From the IMG/VR virus record IMGVR_UViG_3300044632_001003, positions 141,010 to 205,009 of that record: a stretch of DNA of 64,000 bases, one strand, 5' to 3'. Numbering within the stretch: position 1 is the first letter of the stretch; each line of letters begins with the position of its first letter. Below are positions 47,372 to 54,709 of this stretch, in pieces. A program made the translations under genes and the position numbers. The notes under the pieces were generated by a model. That model saw only the letters and a program-made list of their open reading frames with translations, searched no databases and had not been told where the DNA came from.

Positions 47372-47423
47372 ATTATAAGGTGTTGAGACTTTTCTGTCAA
47401 GTGTGCCAGTCTATGAACTGGTT
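47372..47423 (-). promoter_or_regulatory. Sigma70-like early promoter with upstream ACTGGCAC motif
   Basis: TTGACA(47395-400)-17-TATAAT(47372-77), preceded by CCAGTTCATAGACTGGCAC. Confidence 0.8.
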
Positions 47424-48072
47424 ATGTTATATAGTCACTAAAATCTTTTGCACAAAGATACATATTTCCAGATATAGAAATCCTGTTACTATCAGATGTA
47501 TAAAATGGATAAACACAATGATTAACTCTAGATGGAAACACGATAATTTCCTTCTCGAAAGTAGAATCCAATTCTATTAAATGCTCTTCCATATCACCGA
47601 TTGCATTTGGATAATAAAATGCAAAAGATCCAGGACACTTATTATTTGAATTCTTACATAAGTCTTGATCAAATTCATTCCTAAAGTCATAGGGTATTTT
47701 TACCCATATAACAAAACTATAAAGACCAGTATGATGATGGACAGGATTGAACTCGTATTTCTTTTGATAATTTACCCACAATCTTTTAAGTTCAAGATTG
47801 TATCCATCAGCAATAACTGATTTTTCATATCTCATCAAATTATACTGCCTTTCATATTTGGCACATAATTTTACAAGGTATTCTTCAACAAAGATAAAAT
47901 CTTCTTGTGACAAATTAATATCATAAGATTCTTCTATATTTCCAGCTAGGGTATTAACAGCTCTATTATTATTTTCTTTTGCATCCAATGCACTATTGAC
48001 AAGACGATCAAAGATAGCGTCGGGAACTCTATCTTTAATAAATCCAATGCTATAAAATGGTATAGATTCCAT
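47422..48072 (-). CDS. Putative 2OG-Fe(II) oxygenase
   Basis: WVNYQKKYEFNPVHHHTG.YSFVIW, FPS...H.VYPF, RISISGN. Confidence 0.8.
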   Translation of the reverse strand: MESIPFYSIGFIKDRVPDAIFDRLVNSALDAKENNNRAVNTLAGNIEESYDINLSQEDFIFVEEYLVKLCAKYERQYNLMRYEKSVIADGYNLELKRLWVNYQKKYEFNPVHHHTGLYSFVIWVKIPYDFRNEFDQDLCKNSNNKCPGSFAFYYPNAIGDMEEHLIELDSTFEKEIIVFPSRVNHCVYPFYTSDSNRISISGNMYLCAKDFSDYIT

Positions 48073-48089
48073 AATTAAATATAGACTAA

Positions 48090-48165
48090 TCGGAGTATTC
48101 GGATTTGAACCGAAATTATTCCGCTTCCCAAAAGCGGTGCCATGACCAAGTTAGGCGATACTCCG
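48090..48165 (-). tRNA. tRNA-Pro(TGG), atypical D-arm
   Basis: Acceptor stem CGGAGTA/TACTCCG; anticodon arm CCGCT-TTTGGGA-AGCGG; GGTTCAAATCC. Confidence 0.8.
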
Positions 48166-48507
48166 TAGTTCCAACTCACCAGAATGAACTGCTGCGTGGC
48201 AACAAGCACATAATAGCACACATTCCTTTATTTCGTCAATAATACGTTCGTGACTCCATCCACGAATCCCATGAAATTTAGCGTCTTTTTGAGATGGATC
48301 TAAATGATGAACTTGAAGTGCTGATGAATATTTATCATAACCACAAGAAACACACTTACCTCCCATTTCTTCAAGAATAAAATTTCTTTTTTTCTGTCCC
48401 AACTCTAATGTATATTTGTTATGACAAGCACCACAAACACTTTTTTTATGCCCATAAAACTTAGATGGATCAGTTTCTCCACAATGCCCACACTTATGCG
48501 TTCTCAT
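48151..48507 (-). CDS. HNH homing endonuclease
   Basis: N-terminal CxxC...CxxC; GGKCVSCGY...LQVHHLDP...LLCACCH. Confidence 0.85.
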   Translation of the reverse strand: MRTHKCGHCGETDPSKFYGHKKSVCGACHNKYTLELGQKKRNFILEEMGGKCVSCGYDKYSSALQVHHLDPSQKDAKFHGIRGWSHERIIDEIKECVLLCACCHAAVHSGELELRSIA

Positions 48508-48533
48508 TTTCGGTAGAATAAGTTTATCTACCG

Positions 48534-48683
48534 TTATTTATGTTTTTTATCAAATGGAGCCCAGTGCTGCCATTCGTATTTGTGTATTGCCCAGATACCC
48601 ATAATAGGAAGCACAATCAAAATGTATCCAAGAAATCCAAGAGTATAGGGGTTTTCTAGAACCCATCGAGCAAAATGTCCCAT
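48534..48683 (-). CDS. Small membrane protein (49 aa)
   Basis: MGHFARWVLENPYTLGFLGYILIVLPIMGIWAIHKYEWQHWAPF... Confidence 0.6.
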   Translation of the reverse strand: MGHFARWVLENPYTLGFLGYILIVLPIMGIWAIHKYEWQHWAPFDKKHK

Positions 48684-48904
48684 CAGTATCCTCTCCAGGT
48701 CTTAAACTCATAATAAAAGTATTGATCCACTACCCTATCATCTAATGGGGCATTTTCAGTTCTATGTGCCCATACCTCACAAAATTCTACGATGCGACGA
48801 TCGTGTAATGAACTATGTCCCCACATTCTTACAAATGCTGATGCGGCAAAGTGATACCGCTGTCTAATGTGCGGTTCCGTTTCCTTTATACTTTTCGGTG
48901 TCAT
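48683..48904 (-). CDS. Cyanophage hypothetical protein
   Basis: 73-aa ORF ending DQYFYYEFKTWRGY. Confidence 0.6.
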   Translation of the reverse strand: MTPKSIKETEPHIRQRYHFAASAFVRMWGHSSLHDRRIVEFCEVWAHRTENAPLDDRVVDQYFYYEFKTWRGY

Positions 48905-48986
48905 AATATCCCCCTTTTGTTCCGAAGTAAAGAGTTGTTAATACGAAAGGAATTGAAACAAATAAAAGTGCTTTTGCTAATAACAT
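48864..48986 (-). CDS. ndhP: NDH-1L subunit NdhP homologue (40 aa)
   Basis: MLLAKALLFVSIPFVLTTLYFGTKGGYYDTEKYKGNGTAH matches the NdhP pattern FGTxxGxYDTxxYxGNGxAH; absent from the ORF track. Confidence 0.85.
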   Translation of the reverse strand: MLLAKALLFVSIPFVLTTLYFGTKGGYYDTEKYKGNGTAH

Positions 48987-49486
48987 CAGATCATCTCCAT
49001 TGCTCGTTCTAGTTCAATATAATGGTTCATTTCATCCACTGCGATCTCTGCAATCTTTGCATCATCCTGATGATCCCAGAAGTAATCTAGGTATGTTTCT
49101 GTTGCATGAAACTCAATACCTGAGTTCAGATGATAAGCGAAAACAGGAGCAAGAAAATAATAACCCACCATAATCCAATAATAGATGAGAACCAAATGAT
49201 AAGCGAAAAAGCGATCAACCCAGCGATCTGCTCCGCCACGCGACTCCATTTCTCTGAGGTGTTCGGTTTCATTAATTGTCTGTGCGAAGTGTTCTTTCAT
49301 TAAGTAGTAATGTTCTTCTGTTCGGAGACCTAGTGATTCTCTGAGATGAAGAACACTGAGAAAAGCGAAGTAAGGTGCTCTGGCGATTGTTTCCAGCACC
49401 CAGAATCTTTGGATTGGTAGATCACGGTAGAGGAAGTCAATGATGGCTACCGTAATTGATAGAACTGCATCATTGAACTTTCTCAT
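48986..49486 (-). CDS. ptox: Plastoquinol terminal oxidase (alternative oxidase family)
   Basis: RFWVLETIARAPYF, NETEH, EFHATETY and DEMNH di-iron motifs; start placed at MRKFND. Confidence 0.93.
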   Translation of the reverse strand: MRKFNDAVLSITVAIIDFLYRDLPIQRFWVLETIARAPYFAFLSVLHLRESLGLRTEEHYYLMKEHFAQTINETEHLREMESRGGADRWVDRFFAYHLVLIYYWIMVGYYFLAPVFAYHLNSGIEFHATETYLDYFWDHQDDAKIAEIAVDEMNHYIELERAMEMI

Positions 49487-49650
49487 AGGAATACTCCTGG
49501 TTGATAATTTACTAACTTTTGAATCTCGGTAAGAAGTGCTCCATACTCCCTGAACTTTCTGTCTCCAGCAATATGGTGTCTTTGTCTGACCCACACTGCG
49601 TCTGCAATCAGACGAAGTTCATATTCTGAAAAATCTTTAAATCGTTCCAT
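49483..49650 (-). CDS. Small cyanophage hypothetical protein (55 aa)
   Basis: MERFKDFSEYELRLIADAVWVRQRHHIAGDRKFREYG...; GGAGA RBS; ATGA overlap with ptox. Confidence 0.65.
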   Translation of the reverse strand: MERFKDFSEYELRLIADAVWVRQRHHIAGDRKFREYGALLTEIQKLVNYQPGVFL

Positions 49651-49661
49651 TGATAATCTCC

Positions 49662-50696
49662 TTATCTAACGTGATGACCACCAAACATAAATCTCATGCC
49701 ATTCAGGATTTTTGCTCCGAAAGATCCGAGATTGCGTGAATTAAATCGCTCAAATAGGGCAGTAGTAATAACAGGAGCGGATATCCCCAAATCCACAGCG
49801 GCAGAAACAGTCCAACGACCCTCACCGCTGTCGGATACCCCACCAGAGAACTGTTTAAGCTCACTGTTGCCGCGTAACACATCAGCAGTAAGATCAAGTA
49901 ACCAACTACCAACCACGCTACCACGACGCCATAACTCAGCCACCTCAGCAACATCAATATCATAGCAATAGGATTCGGGGTCTGCCATTGGGGCGACTTC
50001 TGCATCTCCTTCTCTAACATACTGAGCACCTGCGTTTGCGTTTTTGATGATGTTGAATCCTTCAGCGTATGCTTGCATGATGCCATATTCAATACCATTA
50101 TGCACCATCTTTACAAAGTGACCAGCACCAGGACCACCACAATGCAACCAACCGTGCTCTGCAGAAGTTACGTCTGAGTCAAATTGAGTCCTGGGGGCAG
50201 CACTGATTCCTGGGGCAAGGGCATCAAAAATGCGCGAACAAGAGGCGACCGCAATATTTCCCCCACCAACCATAAGACAGTATCCACGATCCAAACCATA
50301 AACACCGCCGCTAGTGCCACAATCAATATATTGGATACCCATCTTTGCCAAACGTTCTGCTCTTTTCCGACTGTCTTTAAAATTGCTATTGCCATGATCA
50401 ATAATAATATCTCCCTCACTACAAAATCGTAATAACTCATTGATTGTCTCCTCTACTGTTTCTGCTGGCACAACCATTTGGAAGATTCCTGGTTGTATTC
50501 CCCCGTTTTTTGTTTGTTTAACTACTTGAACAAGATTTTGAATAGTAGTTGTAACTCCATTAACAAATCCCTTTTCATAAGCTTCCTGAGCCTTTTCATA
50601 ATTTCTCCTGTAACCCCAGACTTCAATTCCTGCCTTCATCATGCGGCGAGACATTCCTTCTCCCATTCGCCCCAGTCCAATTAATCCTACTCTCAT
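49662..50696 (-). CDS. gnd: 6-phosphogluconate dehydrogenase (short form)
   Basis: GLIGLGRMG, DHGNS, GHFVKMVHNGIEYG, DSGEGRW, FGGH. Confidence 0.96.
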   Translation of the reverse strand: MRVGLIGLGRMGEGMSRRMMKAGIEVWGYRRNYEKAQEAYEKGFVNGVTTTIQNLVQVVKQTKNGGIQPGIFQMVVPAETVEETINELLRFCSEGDIIIDHGNSNFKDSRKRAERLAKMGIQYIDCGTSGGVYGLDRGYCLMVGGGNIAVASCSRIFDALAPGISAAPRTQFDSDVTSAEHGWLHCGGPGAGHFVKMVHNGIEYGIMQAYAEGFNIIKNANAGAQYVREGDAEVAPMADPESYCYDIDVAEVAELWRRGSVVGSWLLDLTADVLRGNSELKQFSGGVSDSGEGRWTVSAAVDLGISAPVITTALFERFNSRNLGSFGAKILNGMRFMFGGHHVR

Positions 50697-50705
50697 AACT
50701 CTCCC

Positions 50706-50798
50706 CTAATATTGTGGATATGCGTGTGTAAGTCCCCAATAAACAAATAACCCAATGGAACTAAAAAGTAACAATGAAGAAATAAAAAGGTTATTCAT
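50706..50798 (-). CDS. NdhQ-like single-TM microprotein (30 aa)
   Basis: MNNLFISSLLLFSSIGLFVYWGLTHAYPQY; C-terminal W.L..AY resembles NdhQ. Confidence 0.5.
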   Translation of the reverse strand: MNNLFISSLLLFSSIGLFVYWGLTHAYPQY

Positions 50799-50904
50799 CG
50801 TCTTCGTCCTCATAAGTAGATGGTTCTTCAAATAGTTCTTCTATTTTTTGTTGTGTAACTCTTCTTTGGAGTTCTTTTAAATCTTCTTCTGTAAGAGAGA
50901 TCAT
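50791..50904 (-). CDS. Small acidic hypothetical protein (37 aa)
   Basis: MISLTEEDLKELQRRVTQQKIEELFEEPSTYEDEDDE. Confidence 0.55.
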   Translation of the reverse strand: MISLTEEDLKELQRRVTQQKIEELFEEPSTYEDEDDE

Positions 50905-51080
50905 TTGTCCTTGAGTAAGTCTTCTATTCTTTTACGCATATTTGAACTTTCCTGTTTCATATAGTCTCGGAGAGAATATCCTCTTTGACCTCTCATAATA
51001 CAAGTGCCTTGATAGAACATCGTGGCGGCAAATACTAACAGGAAAACAATACCGATTAGTTCAGGGTAATGTTGAGCCAT
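50901..51080 (-). CDS. Small membrane protein (59 aa)
   Basis: TM helix followed by YQG...GQRGYS; coupled overlaps with neighbours. Confidence 0.55.
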   Translation of the reverse strand: MAQHYPELIGIVFLLVFAATMFYQGTCIMRGQRGYSLRDYMKQESSNMRKRIEDLLKDK

Positions 51081-51259
51081 GGTAATACAGGCGGAATAAC
51101 ACCTACAAGTCGGAGGAGTCCTTCAGCAAATAAAGCAAGAACCACCCAACCGACGCACATGCTAATGATAGAAGCATTACGGTTGTGTCGTCGTATAGCA
51201 GCATCAATCATCTCCTGAACTTCAGAACGGCTTACAAACTCGTCTTGAGGTTCCATCAC
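51056..51259 (-). CDS. Small membrane protein of cyanobacterial type
   Basis: EVQEMIDAAIRRHNRNASIISM..G...LALFAEGLLRL.G.IPP. Confidence 0.7.
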   Translation of the reverse strand: MMEPQDEFVSRSEVQEMIDAAIRRHNRNASIISMCVGWVVLALFAEGLLRLVGVIPPVLPWLNITLN

Positions 51260-51405
51260 TTCTCATCTCCAAGAAACTTCGCAAGTGGGTCTTTTCTGGT
51301 CTTTACGATTTCAACTGATCTTTTGTAGAACATATTGTCCGTATTACCAGACGTTTCAAACGTCTCCTTGATCTTCACCCAATTGTCGTAGGTGCGTTGA
51401 TCCAT
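51256..51405 (-). CDS. Small hypothetical protein (49 aa)
   Basis: MDQRTYDNWVKIKETFETSGNTDNMFYKRS...DPL. Confidence 0.65.
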   Translation of the reverse strand: MDQRTYDNWVKIKETFETSGNTDNMFYKRSVEIVKTRKDPLAKFLGDEK

Positions 51406-51520
51406 AGGGTTTTAGATTGAATATTATTAGTTATACTAGTGAGTACTTTTACTATGTCAACTATGTGTTGATACAAAAATATAGATTAAGAAAATCTAAA
51501 ACTTTGTAATATTTGTAACA

Positions 51521-51606
51521 AGGAAGATCAGGGATTCGAACCCTGGAACGCTATTAACGTTATTAGTTTTCAAGACTAACGCCATCAACCACTCGGCCAA
51601 TCTTCC
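51521..51606 (-). tRNA. tRNA-Ser(TGA)
   Basis: GGAAGAT/ATCTTCC; TTAGT-CTTGAAA-ACTAA; long variable arm; GGTTCGAATCC. Confidence 0.92.
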
Positions 51607-51646
51607 GATTATGTTATAATATACACTATCTATTCAATTTCGTCAA

Positions 51647-52255
51647 GTGCTTATCACCCCATCAACAAAAAGAATTGAGTTTGAAAGACTACTCAAAAAA
51701 CTTGGATATCGTGATAGGTCTCCAGTTTATCCAAAAGAAAATAAAAGATATCAACAAGTCAATTTTAAATGTGAGGATGGCGCTCTAGCAATTTATACAT
51801 TTATAATACTTTATCAAACTAAAAAAAGTTACTTATACTTAGAGTTTGAAGACCATTATAACTCACCACAGTTAGAAGAAAAAATAAAAACTTTAGCAGA
51901 AAGAATTTATTTTCATGAAAAAACCAGAGTTGCAGAGGTTGGTTATGAAGTCAAATATACTAAGCAACCAAACGAATTTTCATTAGAAGAAAGGAAAAAA
52001 ATCTTCTATAACTTTATGAAATATACTTATAAAAATTTAGAAGAGGGTATGGTCAAACTTTCTCCAAGACCTGGAGATGTTTTAGTTGCAAAACCACATG
52101 GACCAAAACTAAACGATGGTTTTACAGAGTCTTCACTGGTTATTGGAAAACACCAACGTTCTTTGGTTGCTCGCAGATTTGGTTTTGGAAAACTAAATGA
52201 TGATGGATTTCAGTATGCACGTTATGATGAAAATACTATACTAAGACCTATCTAA
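51647..52255 (+). CDS. Hypothetical protein (isolated plus-strand gene)
   Basis: 202-aa open frame in AT-rich sequence with no competing minus-strand ORF. Confidence 0.65.
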   Translation: MLITPSTKRIEFERLLKKLGYRDRSPVYPKENKRYQQVNFKCEDGALAIYTFIILYQTKKSYLYLEFEDHYNSPQLEEKIKTLAERIYFHEKTRVAEVGYEVKYTKQPNEFSLEERKKIFYNFMKYTYKNLEEGMVKLSPRPGDVLVAKPHGPKLNDGFTESSLVIGKHQRSLVARRFGFGKLNDDGFQYARYDENTILRPI

Positions 52256-52499
52256 CTTCAAAATCTAAACGTCTTACTTTTCTATTTCTACGAGCATTTT
52301 GATATTCTAGGTCTTCATTGGAAAAGACACTTGATTTTTGATTTGAAGCATTAGAAGATACCATTACAATTTTAGACAAATCTAAAGCAGTAATAGTTTC
52401 CCCTCTAACTGTGGTCATATTAGAACACCCACAGCACCTTGTTTTTGTAGGGTGGCTAGTCAATTCGACTCCACACTCTTTACATCTAATTACAATCAT
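52248..52499 (-). CDS. Small zinc-binding cyanophage protein
   Basis: CKEC...CCGC.N; C-terminal RKVRRLDFEVR. Confidence 0.7.
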   Translation of the reverse strand: MIVIRCKECGVELTSHPTKTRCCGCSNMTTVRGETITALDLSKIVMVSSNASNQKSSVFSNEDLEYQNARRNRKVRRLDFEVR

Positions 52500-52521
52500 G
52501 GTTTAAAAATAATTAACTTTA

Positions 52522-53082
52522 TTATTCTGGAATTACTTCTTCAATTGGTTCTTCGACTGACTCAGTTTGTACAGGTGCTTGTTGAGGAACTTCTACTTCT
52601 ACTTGGATATCTTCTAGTGCCGCAGATGCCGATCTGGCAGTCTCTGAGATAGACCTCAACATCCACACATATTTGCCATGAGACTCCATTAAGTCCTGAA
52701 GAATATTTGCTGTAGCAAGACTCTCAATTCTTTCAGCAGAATTGGAAGCATCAATTAGCATATCAATAAGTGTTTGATTATCACCAAGAAGTTGCTTCAC
52801 CATCATCTTAGCGTTGATTCCCTGAGCACTATTTGATGCTTGTTCAATATGAGTGACTTCAGTGATTCTAGTTAGTGTGCTCACTGGTTTCATACCAAGA
52901 AATCTCATATGTTCAGTCAGACGATCGATCTCTTCAAACATTGCAGTATATTGCTCACCGAAGAGAGTATGTAGTTGGTGAAAATCAGGTCCTACAACAT
53001 TCCAATGATAAATCCATGTCTTATGAAACAAGACAAACAAAGATGCCTGAATATCACTCAATTGTTTGAAAAGTTTTTCCAT
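52522..53082 (-). CDS. dps: Dps (DNA-binding ferritin-like) protein
   Basis: HWNVVGPDF..LH.LF.EQY...ID...E ferroxidase motif; K..WML. Confidence 0.92.
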   Translation of the reverse strand: MEKLFKQLSDIQASLFVLFHKTWIYHWNVVGPDFHQLHTLFGEQYTAMFEEIDRLTEHMRFLGMKPVSTLTRITEVTHIEQASNSAQGINAKMMVKQLLGDNQTLIDMLIDASNSAERIESLATANILQDLMESHGKYVWMLRSISETARSASAALEDIQVEVEVPQQAPVQTESVEEPIEEVIPE

Positions 53083-53100
53083 TATACTTCTTTTTTGAAG

Positions 53101-53108
53101 TATTTATA
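53101..53108 (-). promoter_or_regulatory. Late promoter TATAAATA upstream of dps
   Basis: Exact match 18 nt upstream of the ATG. Confidence 0.7.
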
Positions 53109-53111
53109 AAG

Positions 53112-53183
53112 TGGGCGATGACGGATTCGAACCGCCGACCAATTGCGTGTAAAGCAACTGCGCTACCGCTGCGCTAATCGCCC
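53112..53183 (-). tRNA. tRNA-Val(TAC)
   Basis: GGGCGAT/ATCGCCC; GTTGC-TTTACAC-GCAAT. Confidence 0.93.
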
Positions 53184-53190
53184 AATCAAT

Positions 53191-53355
53191 TCAATGTTTA
53201 TCCATAATGTATTCTACAGTATTTGCTACATCATTCATAGCATCACGTAGATGTTTTTGTTGTCCAGATTCTTGTCTGACAATTGGACGATGATCATCAG
53301 TCAAAGTCCAACGCCAGAGGTTCATATCTTTACAATACCAGAGATTAATTTTCAT
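53191..53355 (-). CDS. Small cyanophage hypothetical protein (54 aa)
   Basis: MKINLWYCKDMNLWRWTLTDD...QESG...LRDAMNDVANTVEY. Confidence 0.65.
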   Translation of the reverse strand: MKINLWYCKDMNLWRWTLTDDHRPIVRQESGQQKHLRDAMNDVANTVEYIMDKH

Positions 53356-53557
53356 TCTTGAAGTATTCCAAACGAACCCAGTTAAGAAGAGTATTTAACT
53401 CATACAGTTCTTGTTTATATGTAGTATATTCTGGATAGTTTGAATCTCCAACTAAGTCAGAATCTTCAATAAAAGAAATTTCACTTTTAAGAAAATCCGC
53501 ATAATGCTCAAAGGCAGTAATAGCAAGTTGTCTATCGAGTTGTGAAAGAAGAGACAT
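53345..53557 (-). CDS. Hypothetical protein
   Basis: 70 aa, downstream of a promoter. Confidence 0.6.
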   Translation of the reverse strand: MSLLSQLDRQLAITAFEHYADFLKSEISFIEDSDLVGDSNYPEYTTYKQELYELNTLLNWVRLEYFKNEN

Positions 53558-53578
53558 AAACCACCTGACTCGTTACTT

Positions 53579-53614
53579 ATAATACATTAAAAAGGGGGTT
53601 TTGTCAACCCCCCT
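53579..53614 (-). terminator. pstS terminator with embedded -35 box (TTGACA-17-TATTAT)
   Basis: GGGGGGTT-GACAA-AACCCCC followed by TTTTT. Confidence 0.8.
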
Positions 53615-53619
53615 ATGTA

Positions 53620-54597
53620 TCACTTCTCGCCCAGACCGACTTGTTGAACTTTCAGACGGGCACGGTTCAGGACCGAACCAGCAAGAGGAACATAACCCAG
53701 GTCATCAGCAATCGACTGTGCCTTAGAACTCAGAGCATAGTTCAGAGCATCACGAACAGCAGATGCCTTACCAGGAGCATAACCACTCTTATAGGCAAGA
53801 ATCCAAGTCAGAGTGGAGATAGGATAGGCACGGGCACCTGCAGGATTGGGATCTTCTCCAGCAAGGGTCACGGGGTCCAGTTTGATGCCATTCAGAGCGG
53901 CAGCACCAGTCACAGCAGAAGGTCCAACAAACTTACCTGCCTTGTTCTGAAGCACAGCAGCCTGGAGTTTGTTAGCACGAACGAATCCAGTGTTCAGATA
54001 ACCGATACCGCCAGGAGTGTTAGAAAGGGTTCCAGCAACGCCTTCGTTACCTTTAGCACCAACACCAGTAGGCCAGTTGATTGACTTACCAACACCCGCA
54101 GTCCAACCACCAAAAGCATCCAGAGAATTAGTGAATGCATAGGTAGTTCCAGAACCGTCTGAACGATGGACAACTCTGATAGAACCAGCAGCACAACCAA
54201 CTTCCTTCCAGTCCTTGATGTGTCCCATAAAGATATGGACAACTTGTTTCTGAGTCAGTTTCAGTTTGCATCCAGGCTTGTTATAGGCAACAGCAATAGT
54301 TCCACCGACCATAGGAATCTGAACGACACCACGCTTTACTTTTGCTGCTTCCTTTGCTTTGATAGGTTCATCAGTAGCACCAAAATCAACAGTTCCAGCA
54401 ACGAACTGGCGAACGCCAGCACCAGAACCAACGGACTGATAATTGACTTTTTCACCAGTGGTGGAAGAATAATCAACGAACCAACGCTGGTAGATAGGTG
54501 CAGGGAAGGTAGCACCAGCACCATTAATAGCAGGTCCAGCAAATGCGGTAGCGGGAGCAAGAGCGAGACCGATTGTAGCAATATGTTTGAGTTTCAT
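53620..54597 (-). CDS. pstS: Phosphate ABC transporter substrate-binding protein
   Basis: GAGATFPAP, YQSVGSGAG, RSDGSGTT, YPI...TW. Confidence 0.97.
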   Translation of the reverse strand: MKLKHIATIGLALAPATAFAGPAINGAGATFPAPIYQRWFVDYSSTTGEKVNYQSVGSGAGVRQFVAGTVDFGATDEPIKAKEAAKVKRGVVQIPMVGGTIAVAYNKPGCKLKLTQKQVVHIFMGHIKDWKEVGCAAGSIRVVHRSDGSGTTYAFTNSLDAFGGWTAGVGKSINWPTGVGAKGNEGVAGTLSNTPGGIGYLNTGFVRANKLQAAVLQNKAGKFVGPSAVTGAAALNGIKLDPVTLAGEDPNPAGARAYPISTLTWILAYKSGYAPGKASAVRDALNYALSSKAQSIADDLGYVPLAGSVLNRARLKVQQVGLGEK

Positions 54598-54619
54598 GAG
54601 AATTAAAAACTTCTTTGTA

Positions 54620-54652
54620 ATTGTACTCGATTAAGTTTAAGAGAAAGTTAAA
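54620..54652 (-). promoter_or_regulatory. Pho-box-like promoter of pstS
   Basis: TTTAACTT-TCT-CTTAAACT (11-bp period) followed by -10 TACAAT, with no -35 box. Confidence 0.65.
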
Positions 54653-54666
54653 TGTCGCCAAACACC

Positions 54667-54691
54667 AAAAAACCTCCCCGAAAGGAGGTTT
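54667..54691 (-). terminator. Porin gene terminator
   Basis: AAACCTCC-TTTCGG-GGAGGTTT followed by TTT. Confidence 0.85.
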
Positions 54692-54709
54692 AGAGGTATA
54701 AAGATACTA

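Noticed and set aside
48534-48683. Possible ndhQ assignment for the 49-aa peptide
   Set aside because: It lacks the W.L..AY terminus; the 50706-50798 peptide fits better.
49487-49594. ORF-track N-terminal extension of PTOX
   Set aside because: It overlaps a better-supported 55-aa gene that is ATGA-coupled to ATG 49486.
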